The notes below the pieces were generated by a model, which searched no databases, was not told where the DNA came from, and saw only the letters and a program-made list of their open reading frames with translations. Below, in pieces: positions 19,347 to 29,649 of a stretch of 64,000 nt of DNA; within the stretch, counting starts at the first letter, position 1; every line of letters begins with the position of its first letter. This DNA is from Candidatus Woykebacteria bacterium (GTDB lineage: Bacteria > Patescibacteriota > Microgenomatia > Woykebacterales > RBG-16-39-9b), in contig JBBDPN010000001.1 of NCBI GenBank assembly GCA_040876265.1, forward strand, positions 310,208 to 374,207. The letters are read 5' to 3'. Both the position numbers and the translations under genes were made by a program.

Positions 19347-19607
19347 TTATTTACCTTCTGAAACAACTTCAATAAAATTATCGCCCTTTTTCGTCTTAAA
19401 TGAGACCACTCCTTTGGTTGTTGCGAAAATTGTAAAATCTTTACCAAGCTTAACACCACTACCAACGTGAAATTTAGTTCCTCTTTGCCGAACTATGATT
19501 TGGCCTGGAGAAACAGACTCCCCACCAAAAATCTTTACTCCTAGTCTTTTTCCGACTACATTTGTCCCTTGCCTTGCCTTTGAACCACCGGCTTTTTTAT
19601 GCGCCAT
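19347..19607 (-). CDS. rpmA: 50S ribosomal protein L27
   Basis: 86 aa. [14 protein letters not shown]...[11 protein letters not shown]. Confidence 0.9.
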   Translation of the reverse strand: MAHKKAGGSKARQGTNVVGKRLGVKIFGGESVSPGQIIVRQRGTKFHVGSGVKLGKDFTIFATTKGVVSFKTKKGDNFIEVVSEGK

Positions 19608-19626
19608 TTTTTACCTCAAAATTATT

Positions 19627-19956
19627 TTACGAACCGATTTTTTCAATAAGCACCTTTGTAAGGTGCTGCCTATGACCAAGCTTTCGACGGTAACCACTCT
19701 TAGCTTTGTATTTGAAGACGTCAATTTTTTTTGCTTTTTTGTCCTCCAGAACTTTGGCTTTTACTTTCACATCAACAAGAGGCTGGCCAATTTTCAAATT
19801 CCCATCGTCTACCGTAAGCAGAACTTGGTCAAATTCGATAGACAAGTTTTTATCCGATGCCTTATTACTAGAGGTTTTTATTTTCTCGACTTCGATAGTC
19901 TGACCCTCAGATACTTTGTATTGTTTACCGCCTGATCTAATTACAGCGTATTTCAT
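19627..19956 (-). CDS. rplU: 50S ribosomal protein L21
   Basis: 109 aa. MKYAVIRSGGKQYKVSEGQTIEVEKI. Confidence 0.9.
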   Translation of the reverse strand: MKYAVIRSGGKQYKVSEGQTIEVEKIKTSSNKASDKNLSIEFDQVLLTVDDGNLKIGQPLVDVKVKAKVLEDKKAKKIDVFKYKAKSGYRRKLGHRQHLTKVLIEKIGS

Positions 19957-20031
19957 ATATTAGCTCCTAAGATGTAACAGTGCCTAAATAATATAGGCTA
20001 ATAACATACCTGTCAACTGGGGAAAACTATA

Positions 20032-21114
20032 TCAAACATCTATCGAACTCTTTGTGGCCGAATTAACTAAAGACAGTAAGATAAACAGTGAAGCTAGGGA
20101 GCTGCCTCCAAAAGAAACAAAAGGTAAAGTAACACCGCTGATAGGAAAAATACCCATGTTCATCGCTGCGTTCATAAAGAACTGTATGGATAAGACGGAG
20201 GCTACACCGTAGGCGAAAAGTTTGGTTTCAATCTGTGTAGATTTCGTAGCCAGATATAATATCCTAAAAATAAGAAGGCTAAAAATCACTATAATTAAGC
20301 CAACACCAACAAATCCCAACTCCTCGCCCGTGGCGGCGAAAATAAAATCAGTCCGGCCTTCTGGTAAAAAATCCAGATGTGATTGAGTACCCCTACCTAA
20401 ACCTCTCCCAAAAAATTGACCGCTTCCTAAAGCTATTAGGGCTTGGACCAAATTGTAACTAGCTCCTTGAGGGTCAAGATTTGGGTTAAAGAAGGTAATA
20501 ACTCGTAGTCTTTGGTAGTCTTTTAAAACCAGGTTCCAAATTATTGGAAGAGAAACTAATCCAAGCACTATAAGGGCGATCAAATAATGCAGCCCAGCGC
20601 CAGCGATAAAAACCATGAGAAACCAGGTAGCAGCAAGTATAACCGCGTTACTCAGGTCCGGCTGAGTCAAGATAAATAAGGCGGGCACGGCCACTACAGC
20701 TGCCGAAATTAAGAAGATTTTTAATCCGACTGGCGCTTTATATGCTAATAAATAGGCTAGTGCCAGAGTAATTACTGGCTTAGCCAGCTCTGATCCTTGA
20801 ATAGTAACGAAGCCCAAATCTACCCACCGAGTAGAACCTCTCACCTCTATACCTATTAAAAAAGTTAGGAATAAAAAACCGATTAGAAAAAAATAAAACA
20901 AGTATGAAATCTGTAGCATAGTTTTAAACTTGATATTTATAATAATTAGGTACAGAACTAGTGAAAAAATTAGATAGGAGGACTGGCGGATAAAAAACGA
21001 AGTATCGTCTTCAAAAGAGATACTAAAAATCATCAAGAGGCCCAGGCAAGAAAGCAGAACTGCGGGAAGCAATATGAAAAAGTCCACCCTCCTTAAAATT
21101 CTAAGTAACCACAT
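20032..21114 (-). CDS. SEDS-family peptidoglycan glycosyltransferase (RodA/FtsW-like)
   Basis: 360 aa, polytopic. Conserved SEDS C-terminal motifs (FIFAATGEELGFVG, GGSSLASL). Confidence 0.75.
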   Translation of the reverse strand: MWLLRILRRVDFFILLPAVLLSCLGLLMIFSISFEDDTSFFIRQSSYLIFSLVLYLIIINIKFKTMLQISYLFYFFLIGFLFLTFLIGIEVRGSTRWVDLGFVTIQGSELAKPVITLALAYLLAYKAPVGLKIFLISAAVVAVPALFILTQPDLSNAVILAATWFLMVFIAGAGLHYLIALIVLGLVSLPIIWNLVLKDYQRLRVITFFNPNLDPQGASYNLVQALIALGSGQFFGRGLGRGTQSHLDFLPEGRTDFIFAATGEELGFVGVGLIIVIFSLLIFRILYLATKSTQIETKLFAYGVASVLSIQFFMNAAMNMGIFPISGVTLPFVSFGGSSLASLFILLSLVNSATKSSIDV

Positions 21115-21123
21115 TTAAGAGAT

Positions 21124-23964
21124 TTATTTTTTAATTGAAATTTCCTTACCTTTTACGATACTTTTCGCTAAAGTTTCCTTCATTATAAAACTCTCGTGTT
21201 CTGAGGGCCAGTCAGGTAAAAATACTGTAACAAGACTACTGAAAGGGACTTTTGCTTCTTTCCTCTTCTCTTGAATTTTCCTAATCAGATCCCTTGCCTC
21301 GCCTTCTGCTTCAAGTTCCCGTGTAATCTGGGTATCAAGCGACACTTCTTTAGTTTTTGTAAGCTCTGCTTCCTTAATATTTAATTCGCTCAAGATAAGA
21401 TCCAGATATTCGTTCGGTACCTCATATTCCAAAGGTATAAAAATCTTTTTTAGAGGTTGGCGCACTTTAATCCCGATCTCTTTTCGTTTAGCATGTCCGA
21501 GCTTAACGATCATTCTTGTTTTGTCCATCAGCTCTTTATACTCTGCTTTATACTGTTTCTGTAGTTTTGGCCACCCTTCCAAATGGACAGATGGTAATGA
21601 AGTCAAGCCTTTGTATATTTTTTCGCTGATAAATGGGGCGAATGGGGCGAGTAATTTCGCCACTGTTACCAAAACTTCATAGGTAGTTTGATAAAAATGA
21701 TCCTTATCATCGGAACCTGAATTAGTAGGCCCTACTCTATTTCTACTACGGCGAAGATACCAAGTAGAAACATTATTCACTAGGAAATCTTCAATCCTTC
21801 GGCTAGCTGCAGTCACATTATAATTGTCAAAATCGTCCGTAACTTTTTCAATAAGGTTGTCGAGTTCGGATAATACCCACTGATCAAGGATATTATTACT
21901 TGTACCCATCTTTTTATCTAACGACCAACCGTCAATATTGGCATAGGTAACAAAAAAGATGTAGGAGTTCCAGAAAGTTAAGAGGAACCTCTTAACAACG
22001 TCCTCAACCAACCGAATGGAAAAACGATATTCATTTCCTGCAGTCGCGGAAGAAAAGAAGTACCACCTCATAGCATCCGCCCCAACGGTATTGATGACCT
22101 CCCAAGGATCAACTACGTTACCTTTACTTTTACTCATCTTCTGGCCTTTTTCATCCAAAACAAGGCCAAGACTGATCACATTTTTGTAAGGGAAGCCTTC
22201 TTTTACTTCACCTGTCTTTTCTAGCAATGTAGCAATCGCTAACAGCGTATAGAACCATCCTCTTGTTTGGTCCATCGCTTCACAAATATAATCGGCTGGA
22301 TACCAATCTTTAAACCTCTGGTTATTTTCGAAAGGGTAGTGCCACTGGGCGAAGGGCATTGACCCAGAATCAAACCAAACATCTATCACCGCAGAAAGTC
22401 TAATCATTGTCTCGTTACACTCTTCGCATTGAATTGCTATAGCATCGATAAATGGTCTGTGGAGATCTAAACTCTTATAATTTATGTCCAGCCCGAGTTC
22501 TTGAGCGCTGCCTATTACTTTAAAATGCCCATTTGGACATTTCCAAATGGGTAAGGGGGTTCCCCAAAACCTATTTCTAGATAAATTCCAATCCTTGAGA
22601 TTCTCTAACCACTCCCCCATTCTACCTACTTTAACGTGAGGTGGGACCCAATCGATTTTCTGGTTATTTTTAATTAATTTTTCGTTTACAGCAGTCGTTC
22701 TGATAAACCAAGACTCAAGGGCATAATATAAAAGCGGCGTTTCACAGCGCCAACAAAAGGGGTAGGTATGTTTAATAGTTTCAGATTTATAAAGAAGCTC
22801 TCTTTTTTCTAAATCCCCAATTATATATTTATCCGCCTTCTTTACAAACTCGCCAGCAAAGGGTTTGGCCTGCGGTATAAATTCCCCTTTGTTATTCACT
22901 AAATGCTTCATTGGAAGATCCAATCTCTTACCGAGCTCAAAGTCTTCCTCCCCATACATCACTGCGGTGTGAACAATTCCAGTACCTTCATCCTCAGTGG
23001 CAAAACCTGCTTCCGCTACATAATGAGCTTTTTTATCATACTTAACAAACTGATAAAGTGGCTTATAATGCCTACCAACCAAATCTCTAGCCTTTAGCTC
23101 TTTCTCCAACTCGTACGGTTCCTTAACTATTTCTTTTATCTTTGATTTCGCCAAGATTAGTTTTTCCTCACCTACCCTTATCTTGGCGTATTTGATCTCT
23201 CCGCCCACAGCCAAAGCAACATTACCCGGAAGTGTCCAGGGGGTAGTCGTCCAGACCAGGAAAAAGGTGCCAGGTTCATCAATCAATTCGAACTTAACAT
23301 AAATTGAAGGGTCTGGAACATTATCTTTATATCCTAACGCAACTTCGTGGGAAGAAAGAGATGTACCACAACGGGGACAATAAGGTGCTACTTTATAGTC
23401 TTGGACCAATAAACCCTTCTCCCAGATTTTTTTCAGTGCCCACCAAACGCTTTCGATATAGCTGTTATCAAGCGTAATATAAGGACGGTCCATATCGATC
23501 CAGAAACCAATCCTGTTGGTAATTTCTTTCCAATCTGCGACATATTTAAAGACATTTTCTCGACAAAGCTTGTTAAAAAACTCGATTGAGTCTCTCTGGT
23601 TTTCGTAATCTGATTTACGTGGGTCGTGTCTTAAATTCAAAATATCTTGTTTACCGCTTATTCCAAGCTGCTTTTCAACTTCGAGTTCTACGGGTAGCCC
23701 ATGAGTGTCCCAGCCTCCCTTCCTTTCGACCAGAAAACCTCTCATGGTCTTATAACGACAGATAATATCTTTGAATGCTCTAGCTAAAACATGATGAACG
23801 CCAGGTTTACCATTGGCTGTTGGTGGACCTTCGTAAAAAACAAATCTCTTTTTTTCTTTATTTTTTTCAAGGGACTTCTTGAATATGTCTTCCTTTTGCC
23901 AAAACTTTAGGATTTCTTTTTCTAGTTCAGGAAAGCTCACCTTAGTAGAAACAGGTTCGAACAT
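21124..23964 (-). CDS. ileS: Isoleucyl-tRNA synthetase (archaeal/eukaryote-like type)
   Basis: 946 aa. HIGH-type motif PPTANGKPGVHHVLARAFKD and KMSKS motif KMSKSKGN. The editing domain is present. Confidence 0.9.
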   Translation of the reverse strand: MFEPVSTKVSFPELEKEILKFWQKEDIFKKSLEKNKEKKRFVFYEGPPTANGKPGVHHVLARAFKDIICRYKTMRGFLVERKGGWDTHGLPVELEVEKQLGISGKQDILNLRHDPRKSDYENQRDSIEFFNKLCRENVFKYVADWKEITNRIGFWIDMDRPYITLDNSYIESVWWALKKIWEKGLLVQDYKVAPYCPRCGTSLSSHEVALGYKDNVPDPSIYVKFELIDEPGTFFLVWTTTPWTLPGNVALAVGGEIKYAKIRVGEEKLILAKSKIKEIVKEPYELEKELKARDLVGRHYKPLYQFVKYDKKAHYVAEAGFATEDEGTGIVHTAVMYGEEDFELGKRLDLPMKHLVNNKGEFIPQAKPFAGEFVKKADKYIIGDLEKRELLYKSETIKHTYPFCWRCETPLLYYALESWFIRTTAVNEKLIKNNQKIDWVPPHVKVGRMGEWLENLKDWNLSRNRFWGTPLPIWKCPNGHFKVIGSAQELGLDINYKSLDLHRPFIDAIAIQCEECNETMIRLSAVIDVWFDSGSMPFAQWHYPFENNQRFKDWYPADYICEAMDQTRGWFYTLLAIATLLEKTGEVKEGFPYKNVISLGLVLDEKGQKMSKSKGNVVDPWEVINTVGADAMRWYFFSSATAGNEYRFSIRLVEDVVKRFLLTFWNSYIFFVTYANIDGWSLDKKMGTSNNILDQWVLSELDNLIEKVTDDFDNYNVTAASRRIEDFLVNNVSTWYLRRSRNRVGPTNSGSDDKDHFYQTTYEVLVTVAKLLAPFAPFISEKIYKGLTSLPSVHLEGWPKLQKQYKAEYKELMDKTRMIVKLGHAKRKEIGIKVRQPLKKIFIPLEYEVPNEYLDLILSELNIKEAELTKTKEVSLDTQITRELEAEGEARDLIRKIQEKRKEAKVPFSSLVTVFLPDWPSEHESFIMKETLAKSIVKGKEISIKK

Positions 23965-24086
23965 AAGGATATATTATAGCAGAATGTAGGTATAAAGTGA
24001 GTCTCTAAATTTGAGGATAATAAAATTCAGTATCAATCCCCTCTCGATGTAACGAGAGGTCAGCACCTCATAAGCAAATGTCGGTG

Positions 24087-24344
24087 CTAAAATTCAAATC
24101 GCATCTGTTTTCTGGCTCTACTCCTACCGCCTCTCTTACCAATCTCGGAGTAAAAGGCCGGACCGTGCTTTTCCTTGACTCTTTCACCACCCTTCTCTCC
24201 GATTCGAGAGAAAAACTCTGGTCCATAGGTCTTCTTCGTTGCTTGTCCACCTTTACGACCAATCTCAGCGTAGAAAGAAGGTCCATACTTCTTTTTTACA
24301 GCGATACCTCCACGCCTGCCAGCCTCTTCAGTGGTCATGGTCAT
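24087..24344 (-). CDS. KGG-repeat stress-induced protein (YciG/GsiB-like)
   Basis: 85 aa with three repeats of YGP.F(Y/F).(E/R)IG.KGG. Confidence 0.6.
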   Translation of the reverse strand: MTMTTEEAGRRGGIAVKKKYGPSFYAEIGRKGGQATKKTYGPEFFSRIGEKGGERVKEKHGPAFYSEIGKRGGRSRARKQMRFEF

Positions 24345-24602
24345 TTTTTATTTTCACCTCCTCTCAATCAGTCTCAACAATACACTCAACTTTTAGATAT
24401 TGTCAAGTTAGCTTAATAATACTTAGTATCATGTTGGTATAAAACCTTACAGTATTAATGTAACTTACTTGTGAAATAGTGTCAAGATATGATTTGAAAA
24501 AAACCCTGCTTTCGCAGAGCCCGTTGTTGTGTGCTGCCCCCAGAACCTATAATTTGGCCTGTTTCTAATTTTAAAAAGACCAGTTTCACACAACTTACAA
24601 TT

Positions 24603-24616
24603 TTGTAATTTTACAA
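24603..24616. promoter_or_regulatory. Perfect palindrome TTGTAATTTTACAA in the 450-bp KGG/MerR divergent intergenic region (candidate operator)
   Basis: Seen directly: TTGTAA-TT-TTACAA at 24603-24616. Confidence 0.3.
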
Positions 24617-24801
24617 AGTCTATAGTAAAAAAATCAACAATCAATCGGCCATCAGTCCCACCGAATTGTCAAACACCCCAATTAGCACTTGCAGACTGTT
24701 ATATTATACGTTAGTATTGATTATTGGTTATTTAATAAAAACGCTGAATTTTTTGCAAAACAATCATCTCGCTTCACTGAAAGAATAATTGATACTACTT
24801 G

Positions 24802-25113
24802 ATGAAATCTACAGATACAAAGCCTCTATTCACTCTATCAGTAACTGCGGAGATAATGGGAGTGCACCCACGCACTCTAATGATCTACGAAGCAGAAAAA
24901 TTGGTTGTGCCAGCCAGGACTAAAACCAACCGCCGTCGCTATTCACAAAAAGATCTTAAAAAACTTCAGTTTATACGGTTTTTGACAAATAAAAAAGGTT
25001 TGAACTTAGCAGGTGTTTCTTATATTCTGAAGATTCTAAATCTAGCTGAAAAGAACGGTTTAAATATCCAAAAAGCAGCCTTTCCCGATTTCACCGAATC
25101 CCAAATAGTCTAA
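24802..25113 (+). CDS. MerR-family HTH transcriptional regulator
   Basis: 103 aa from ATG 24802 (the track extends to a TTG at 24799). FTLSVTAEIMGVHPRTLMIYEAEKLVVPARTKTNRRRYSQKDLKKLQFI is a MerR-type HTH plus wing. Confidence 0.7.
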   Translation: MKSTDTKPLFTLSVTAEIMGVHPRTLMIYEAEKLVVPARTKTNRRRYSQKDLKKLQFIRFLTNKKGLNLAGVSYILKILNLAEKNGLNIQKAAFPDFTESQIV

Positions 25114-25229
25114 ATCTCAATCCTCTAGTCTGTACACCGGTTGACATCTAGGTTTGAGTTGATAACAATGTTGTGCAATTTTGTGAGTGTATTGACTTGC
25201 GAAAAAATTTAAGCTATCATTTATCACCC

Positions 25230-25272
25230 GAGCTCTCTGTGATGCCCTCCGCAGGGAGCTCTTTAATTTTTA
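25230..25272 (+). terminator. Rho-independent terminator for the MerR gene (hairpin GAGCTC...CCCTccgcAGGG...AGCTC followed by TTTAATTTTTAT)
   Basis: An imperfect 10-bp outer stem with a nested CCCT/AGGG inner stem, then a T-rich tract. Lies between the convergent MerR and pyrG genes. Confidence 0.5.
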
Positions 25273-26946
25273 TATGCTTATTTTTTCTCGCTTTGACCCG
25301 GCACCAATACCAATCCTTTTTTTACCTAAAGAGGCATTGATAAAAGCTGAATACAGTGGGTGAGGTTTAAGTGGTCTTGACTTAAACTCAGGGTGAAACT
25401 GAGTTCCAACAAAAAATGGGTGATCGGTAAGTTCAATTATCTCCACTAACCTAGAGTTAGGGCTTGTTCCTGAAATTATCAAACCTGCTTTTTCAAGTTT
25501 TTCTCTGTATTTATTGTTAAATTCATACCTATGTCGATGCCTTTCGTCGATTGAGTCTGTACCATAGATTTGTCTCACAAAAGTCCCTGGTTTAATCTTG
25601 CATGCAAAAGAGCCCAACCGCATCGTGCCGCCATAGTCCTTACCCTCAAGGAGTTTTTCCTGCTCTGACATTACATCTATCACTGGGTGGGGAGTTTCCG
25701 TGTTTATTTCAGTTGTGTGAGCTTTATTTAGCTTCGCAACATTTCTGGCAAATTCTACAGTAGCCAACTGCATACCGTAACAAAGTCCAAAATATGGTAC
25801 TTTGTTTTCCCTAGCAAACCTTATCGCTGAGATAATCCCCTCCACGTCTCTAGAACCAAAACCGCCTGGAACAATAATACCATCAAAATTTTTAAGTTCG
25901 TCTGTGCCATTCTTTTCTATCTGGGCTGAATCGATCCAAGAAATTTCCGCTTTTACTCCATTAGCAGCTGCTGCGTGTTTTATCGATTCTATAACAGACA
26001 GGTAAGCATCCGAGAGTGTAAAATCTCCAGTGGCAAAATACTTACCCACCATGGCTATTCTTACAACCCGGTTGTAATGAACGGCGGCGTCGACCATTTG
26101 TTTCCACTCTTTTAAGTCTCTGGAACGAGCCTTCAATTTCAACTTACTAAGTAATATATCAGATAGATGTTGGTTTTCCAGATTTACCGGCACCTGATAA
26201 ATATTATCGACGTCAGGAGCAGAGATAATATCTTCCTTATTTAAACCACAAGCAACGGCGATCTTTTCTCTTCTCTTTTCATCAACGATCGCGTTGGACC
26301 GTGCTAATACAATATCAGCATTTACCCCAGAAGAAGCTAGTTGCAAAATGGACATTTGAGCTGGCTTTGATTTCATTTCACCAATCGAAGGCGGAATTGG
26401 AAGATAGGTTACATGAATGTGCAGCACATCCTCTGGGCAATCAAGTTTTAGTAACCTATTTGCTTCTAGAAACAGTAGGTTCTGATACTCCCCCACAGTC
26501 CCACCAACCTCAAAAACAATTACTTCTGCTTTATTCATCTCCCCACATCTTTTTATGCGCTCTACAATTTCTCTTGGTGGATCTTGAAAGAACTCCACAG
26601 TTTTACCATCGTATCCCAAGGATCGTTCTTTATCGATAATAGATTTGAACACTTGACCGGTCGTCATGTAGTTCGTGGAGTTTAAATTCTGGTTCAGGAA
26701 TCGCTCGTAATTGCCTAGATCCTGATCACACTCCATTCCGTCATCCAACACAAAAACCTCACCGTGTTCAATTGGGTTAAGAGTTCCAGCGTCCACATTC
26801 AAATAGGGATCCGCTTTGATAGCGGTGGCGGAGAATCCTTTGGATTTTAGAAGTAGAGCTATGGAACCAGTAGCTACGCCCTTACCAATTCCAGATACTA
26901 CTCCTCCGGAAACGAATATGTATTTTGTACCTACCCTCTTTGCCAT
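25270..26946 (-). CDS. pyrG: CTP synthase
   Basis: 558 aa. N-terminal synthetase domain (KYIFVSGGVVSGIGKG). C-terminal glutamine amidotransferase domain (GLCYGMQL, HPEF). Confidence 0.9.
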   Translation of the reverse strand: MAKRVGTKYIFVSGGVVSGIGKGVATGSIALLLKSKGFSATAIKADPYLNVDAGTLNPIEHGEVFVLDDGMECDQDLGNYERFLNQNLNSTNYMTTGQVFKSIIDKERSLGYDGKTVEFFQDPPREIVERIKRCGEMNKAEVIVFEVGGTVGEYQNLLFLEANRLLKLDCPEDVLHIHVTYLPIPPSIGEMKSKPAQMSILQLASSGVNADIVLARSNAIVDEKRREKIAVACGLNKEDIISAPDVDNIYQVPVNLENQHLSDILLSKLKLKARSRDLKEWKQMVDAAVHYNRVVRIAMVGKYFATGDFTLSDAYLSVIESIKHAAAANGVKAEISWIDSAQIEKNGTDELKNFDGIIVPGGFGSRDVEGIISAIRFARENKVPYFGLCYGMQLATVEFARNVAKLNKAHTTEINTETPHPVIDVMSEQEKLLEGKDYGGTMRLGSFACKIKPGTFVRQIYGTDSIDERHRHRYEFNNKYREKLEKAGLIISGTSPNSRLVEIIELTDHPFFVGTQFHPEFKSRPLKPHPLYSAFINASLGKKRIGIGAGSKREKISI

Positions 26947-27161
26947 TTTCGAATCCTACAAGAAAACGCGGCTTCGCATTAAAAAAAGCCCCTTGGGGAA
27001 CTAAATTTGGGGCCCACCATTAATATATATTTTGGCTAGTCAATTGTCAATACAGTTTTCAACGTTGCTGCATAAATGCAGGAATATAAGATCACTCGTA
27101 GCTTATGCCATTTCGCTTCGCTCAAAGCCAGCTACTCCGAGTCTTTAGTTCCGTCTTTCCC

Positions 27162-28253
27162 TCAACGCTGTCTCATGAAAGCCGGAACATCGTACTCATC
27201 AATATTATCGTCTTTTTGATCCTCACCCTGGTCGCTCAAAGAAGTAGCTACTTCTGGGAGTGAATCAAAGGCTTCTTTTGTCTCCACCACTCTGACTTTA
27301 TCATCAGAGAAGCCAGTGGCTATAACCGTAATTTTTATTTGATCAGCCATCGACTCGTCGATCGTGGCACCGAAAATAATGTTGGCTTCAGAATCAGCGG
27401 CCGATGAGATTATTTTAGCGGCTTCATCAACCTCAAACATTGAAAGATCTTGCCCACCAGTTATGTTGAAAAGAATTCCTTTAGCTCCCTCAATTGAAAC
27501 CTCTAAAAGTGGTGAGGCGATAGCTGCCCTAGCCGCACTGGTTGCTCTACCGTCACCAGAACCAAAACCAATACCCATCAAGGAACTTCCAGCGTTTGTC
27601 ATAATACTACGAACGTCAGCAAAATCAACATTTATAAGCCCGGGTAGAACTATAATATCAGAGATACCTTGCACCCCTTGACCCAAAACTGAATCAGCTA
27701 CTTTAAAGGCCTCAAGCAGACTCATTTTTTTGTCAACAACATCCAGAAGCCTTTGGTTTGGTATTACTATCATAGTATCCACTTTATCTTTGAGGGACTC
27801 TACACCGTCTTCGGCAATAAGTTTTCGATGTGAACCTTCAAAAGTAAAAGGTTTAGTGACCACAGAAACAGTAAGGGCCCCGCTTTTCCGAGCAATATCA
27901 GCAAGGATAGGCCCGGCACCGGTACCAGTTCCACCACCCATACCTGCCGTCACAAAAACCATATCGGCGTCTTTCACCATTTCTTGAAGTTTTTCACTAC
28001 TCTCCTCAGCTGCTTTTCTACCAATGTCTGGGTCGCCGCCGCTACCTAAACCTTTTGTCAATTGCTCGCCGACTTGAACCTTTGTTGGGGCGAGACAGGT
28101 TAGAAGCGCCTGTGCATCAGTATTGACGCCGACAAAATCTACACCTTGAATTTGCTGAAGGGAAATCATTGAGCTTAGAGCGTTACATCCTGCTCCACCA
28201 ACACCGACAACTTTAATTTTTGCAAATCTGTTGACTTCTGGTTTGATTAGCAT
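27162..28253 (-). CDS. ftsZ: Cell division GTPase FtsZ
   Basis: 363 aa. Tubulin signature GGGTGTGAGP. N-terminus KIKVVGVGGAGCNA. Confidence 0.9.
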   Translation of the reverse strand: MLIKPEVNRFAKIKVVGVGGAGCNALSSMISLQQIQGVDFVGVNTDAQALLTCLAPTKVQVGEQLTKGLGSGGDPDIGRKAAEESSEKLQEMVKDADMVFVTAGMGGGTGTGAGPILADIARKSGALTVSVVTKPFTFEGSHRKLIAEDGVESLKDKVDTMIVIPNQRLLDVVDKKMSLLEAFKVADSVLGQGVQGISDIIVLPGLINVDFADVRSIMTNAGSSLMGIGFGSGDGRATSAARAAIASPLLEVSIEGAKGILFNITGGQDLSMFEVDEAAKIISSAADSEANIIFGATIDESMADQIKITVIATGFSDDKVRVVETKEAFDSLPEVATSLSDQGEDQKDDNIDEYDVPAFMRQR

Positions 28254-28334
28254 AGCCTGCCCTTAAGGAAATAGAGGTCTAACTATTTCAGATTATCGTA
28301 ATTGTAAACCATTGTCAATTGGCACTTTAGCAAC

Positions 28335-29618
28335 CTAAGGCAACAGACTACGTAGCCAGGAAGATAGCTTTTTCACTATCGAAAGTATGTTCCTCCCTCT
28401 AGGCAACCCCAGACTTACCCTTGAGGAGGGTACAGAAACTTTTTCTCCAAAGAGTATTAAACCCACGCTGTTCGCATACGCCGGAGCAGAAATCTCATCT
28501 ATTAGCCCACTAACGCCTTTTGGCTCAGCAACACGTACCGGCATTTTTAGAACCTCTTTACCGACGGCGGCTAAGTGAACTGTCTCTGCTCCTCCTCCAG
28601 ATATAACTAACCCAGCTGGAAGTAGTCCAGCGTAACCGGCCCTTTTTATTTCCATACCAATAAGAGTAAATATTTCCGTAAGTCTGGGTTTAACTATACC
28701 TTCAACTAAGGTCTTCTTTTGAAGGGTACCAAGGTTTTCAGTTATATCTAATTTTGAGGTGTCTATCTCACTTGATTTCTTCTTATCCTCCTTTTCTTGT
28801 CTCCCTTCATCTTCGTCAACCCCAACTGTCTCTTTACCGCTCAGAGCTAATTTAATTTTTTCAGCCGCTTCTAAAGAGCTGCGAAGGCCGATGGCTAAAT
28901 CATTAGTTATATTCTTACCACCAACTGGGATTACCGCCGAATGGGCGATAGAACCATCAACAAACAAAGAGACATCAGTGGTACCACCACCGATATCAAT
29001 CAGAGCTACACCAAGCTCTCTTTCTGTGTCAGTAAGAGTCGATTCAGCACTAGAGATCCCAGCAAACACTAATCCTTCAACATCCACACCCACCTGTTGG
29101 ATGCATTTGATCAAATTTCTTATTGAAGTCGTAGCTCCAGTAATTATATGCGTCTCCACCTCGAGTCTAACACTAGTCATACCAACGGGATCCTTCACTC
29201 CTTCTTGGGAATCAACTATATAGTCTCTAGGGATAACGTGGATGATTTCGCGAGAAGAGGGCGTCGAAATTGCCTGGGCTGCCTCAATAACCCTACGAAC
29301 ATCGTCTTCTGCTATTTCGTTTTCGCCACCGGCAACGGCCACAACACCGCGCGAATTCACTGAGGAAATGTGGACACCGCTTACACTAACGAAACAGGAA
29401 GAGGCGGAAACACCAGCCATTCTTTCCGCCGATTCCAAGCTTTCGGCCATAGAACTGACTGCTTCGTCAATATCAACCACTTGACCTTTTCTTATTCCCT
29501 TTGAGTTAACTGTGGAGACGCCAATAACCGTCAGACCGTTCTCTGAGGAGGTTGCAATCAGACTTGTAATTTTTGATGAACCAACGTCAATCCCAACAAT
29601 TATTTTTTCTCTAGCCAC
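28335..29618 (-). CDS. ftsA: Cell division protein FtsA (actin-like ATPase)
   Basis: 427 aa. IVGIDVGSSKI. Phosphate-binding DIGGGTTD. Confidence 0.85.
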   Translation of the reverse strand: MAREKIIVGIDVGSSKITSLIATSSENGLTVIGVSTVNSKGIRKGQVVDIDEAVSSMAESLESAERMAGVSASSCFVSVSGVHISSVNSRGVVAVAGGENEIAEDDVRRVIEAAQAISTPSSREIIHVIPRDYIVDSQEGVKDPVGMTSVRLEVETHIITGATTSIRNLIKCIQQVGVDVEGLVFAGISSAESTLTDTERELGVALIDIGGGTTDVSLFVDGSIAHSAVIPVGGKNITNDLAIGLRSSLEAAEKIKLALSGKETVGVDEDEGRQEKEDKKKSSEIDTSKLDITENLGTLQKKTLVEGIVKPRLTEIFTLIGMEIKRAGYAGLLPAGLVISGGGAETVHLAAVGKEVLKMPVRVAEPKGVSGLIDEISAPAYANSVGLILFGEKVSVPSSRVSLGLPRGRNILSIVKKLSSWLRSLLP

Positions 29619-29649
29619 ATTACCTCTTTAAAGTTAGACCGTTTATAAT

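Noticed and set aside
23965-24086. Possible T-box leader upstream of ileS.
   Set aside because: Only ~120 nt are available, and no T-box consensus (AATTAGGGTGGNACCGCG) or specifier-loop architecture was seen. The hairpins present (CCTCTCG-atgtaa-CGAGAGG and AGCACC...GGTGCT) more likely terminate the upstream KGG gene.
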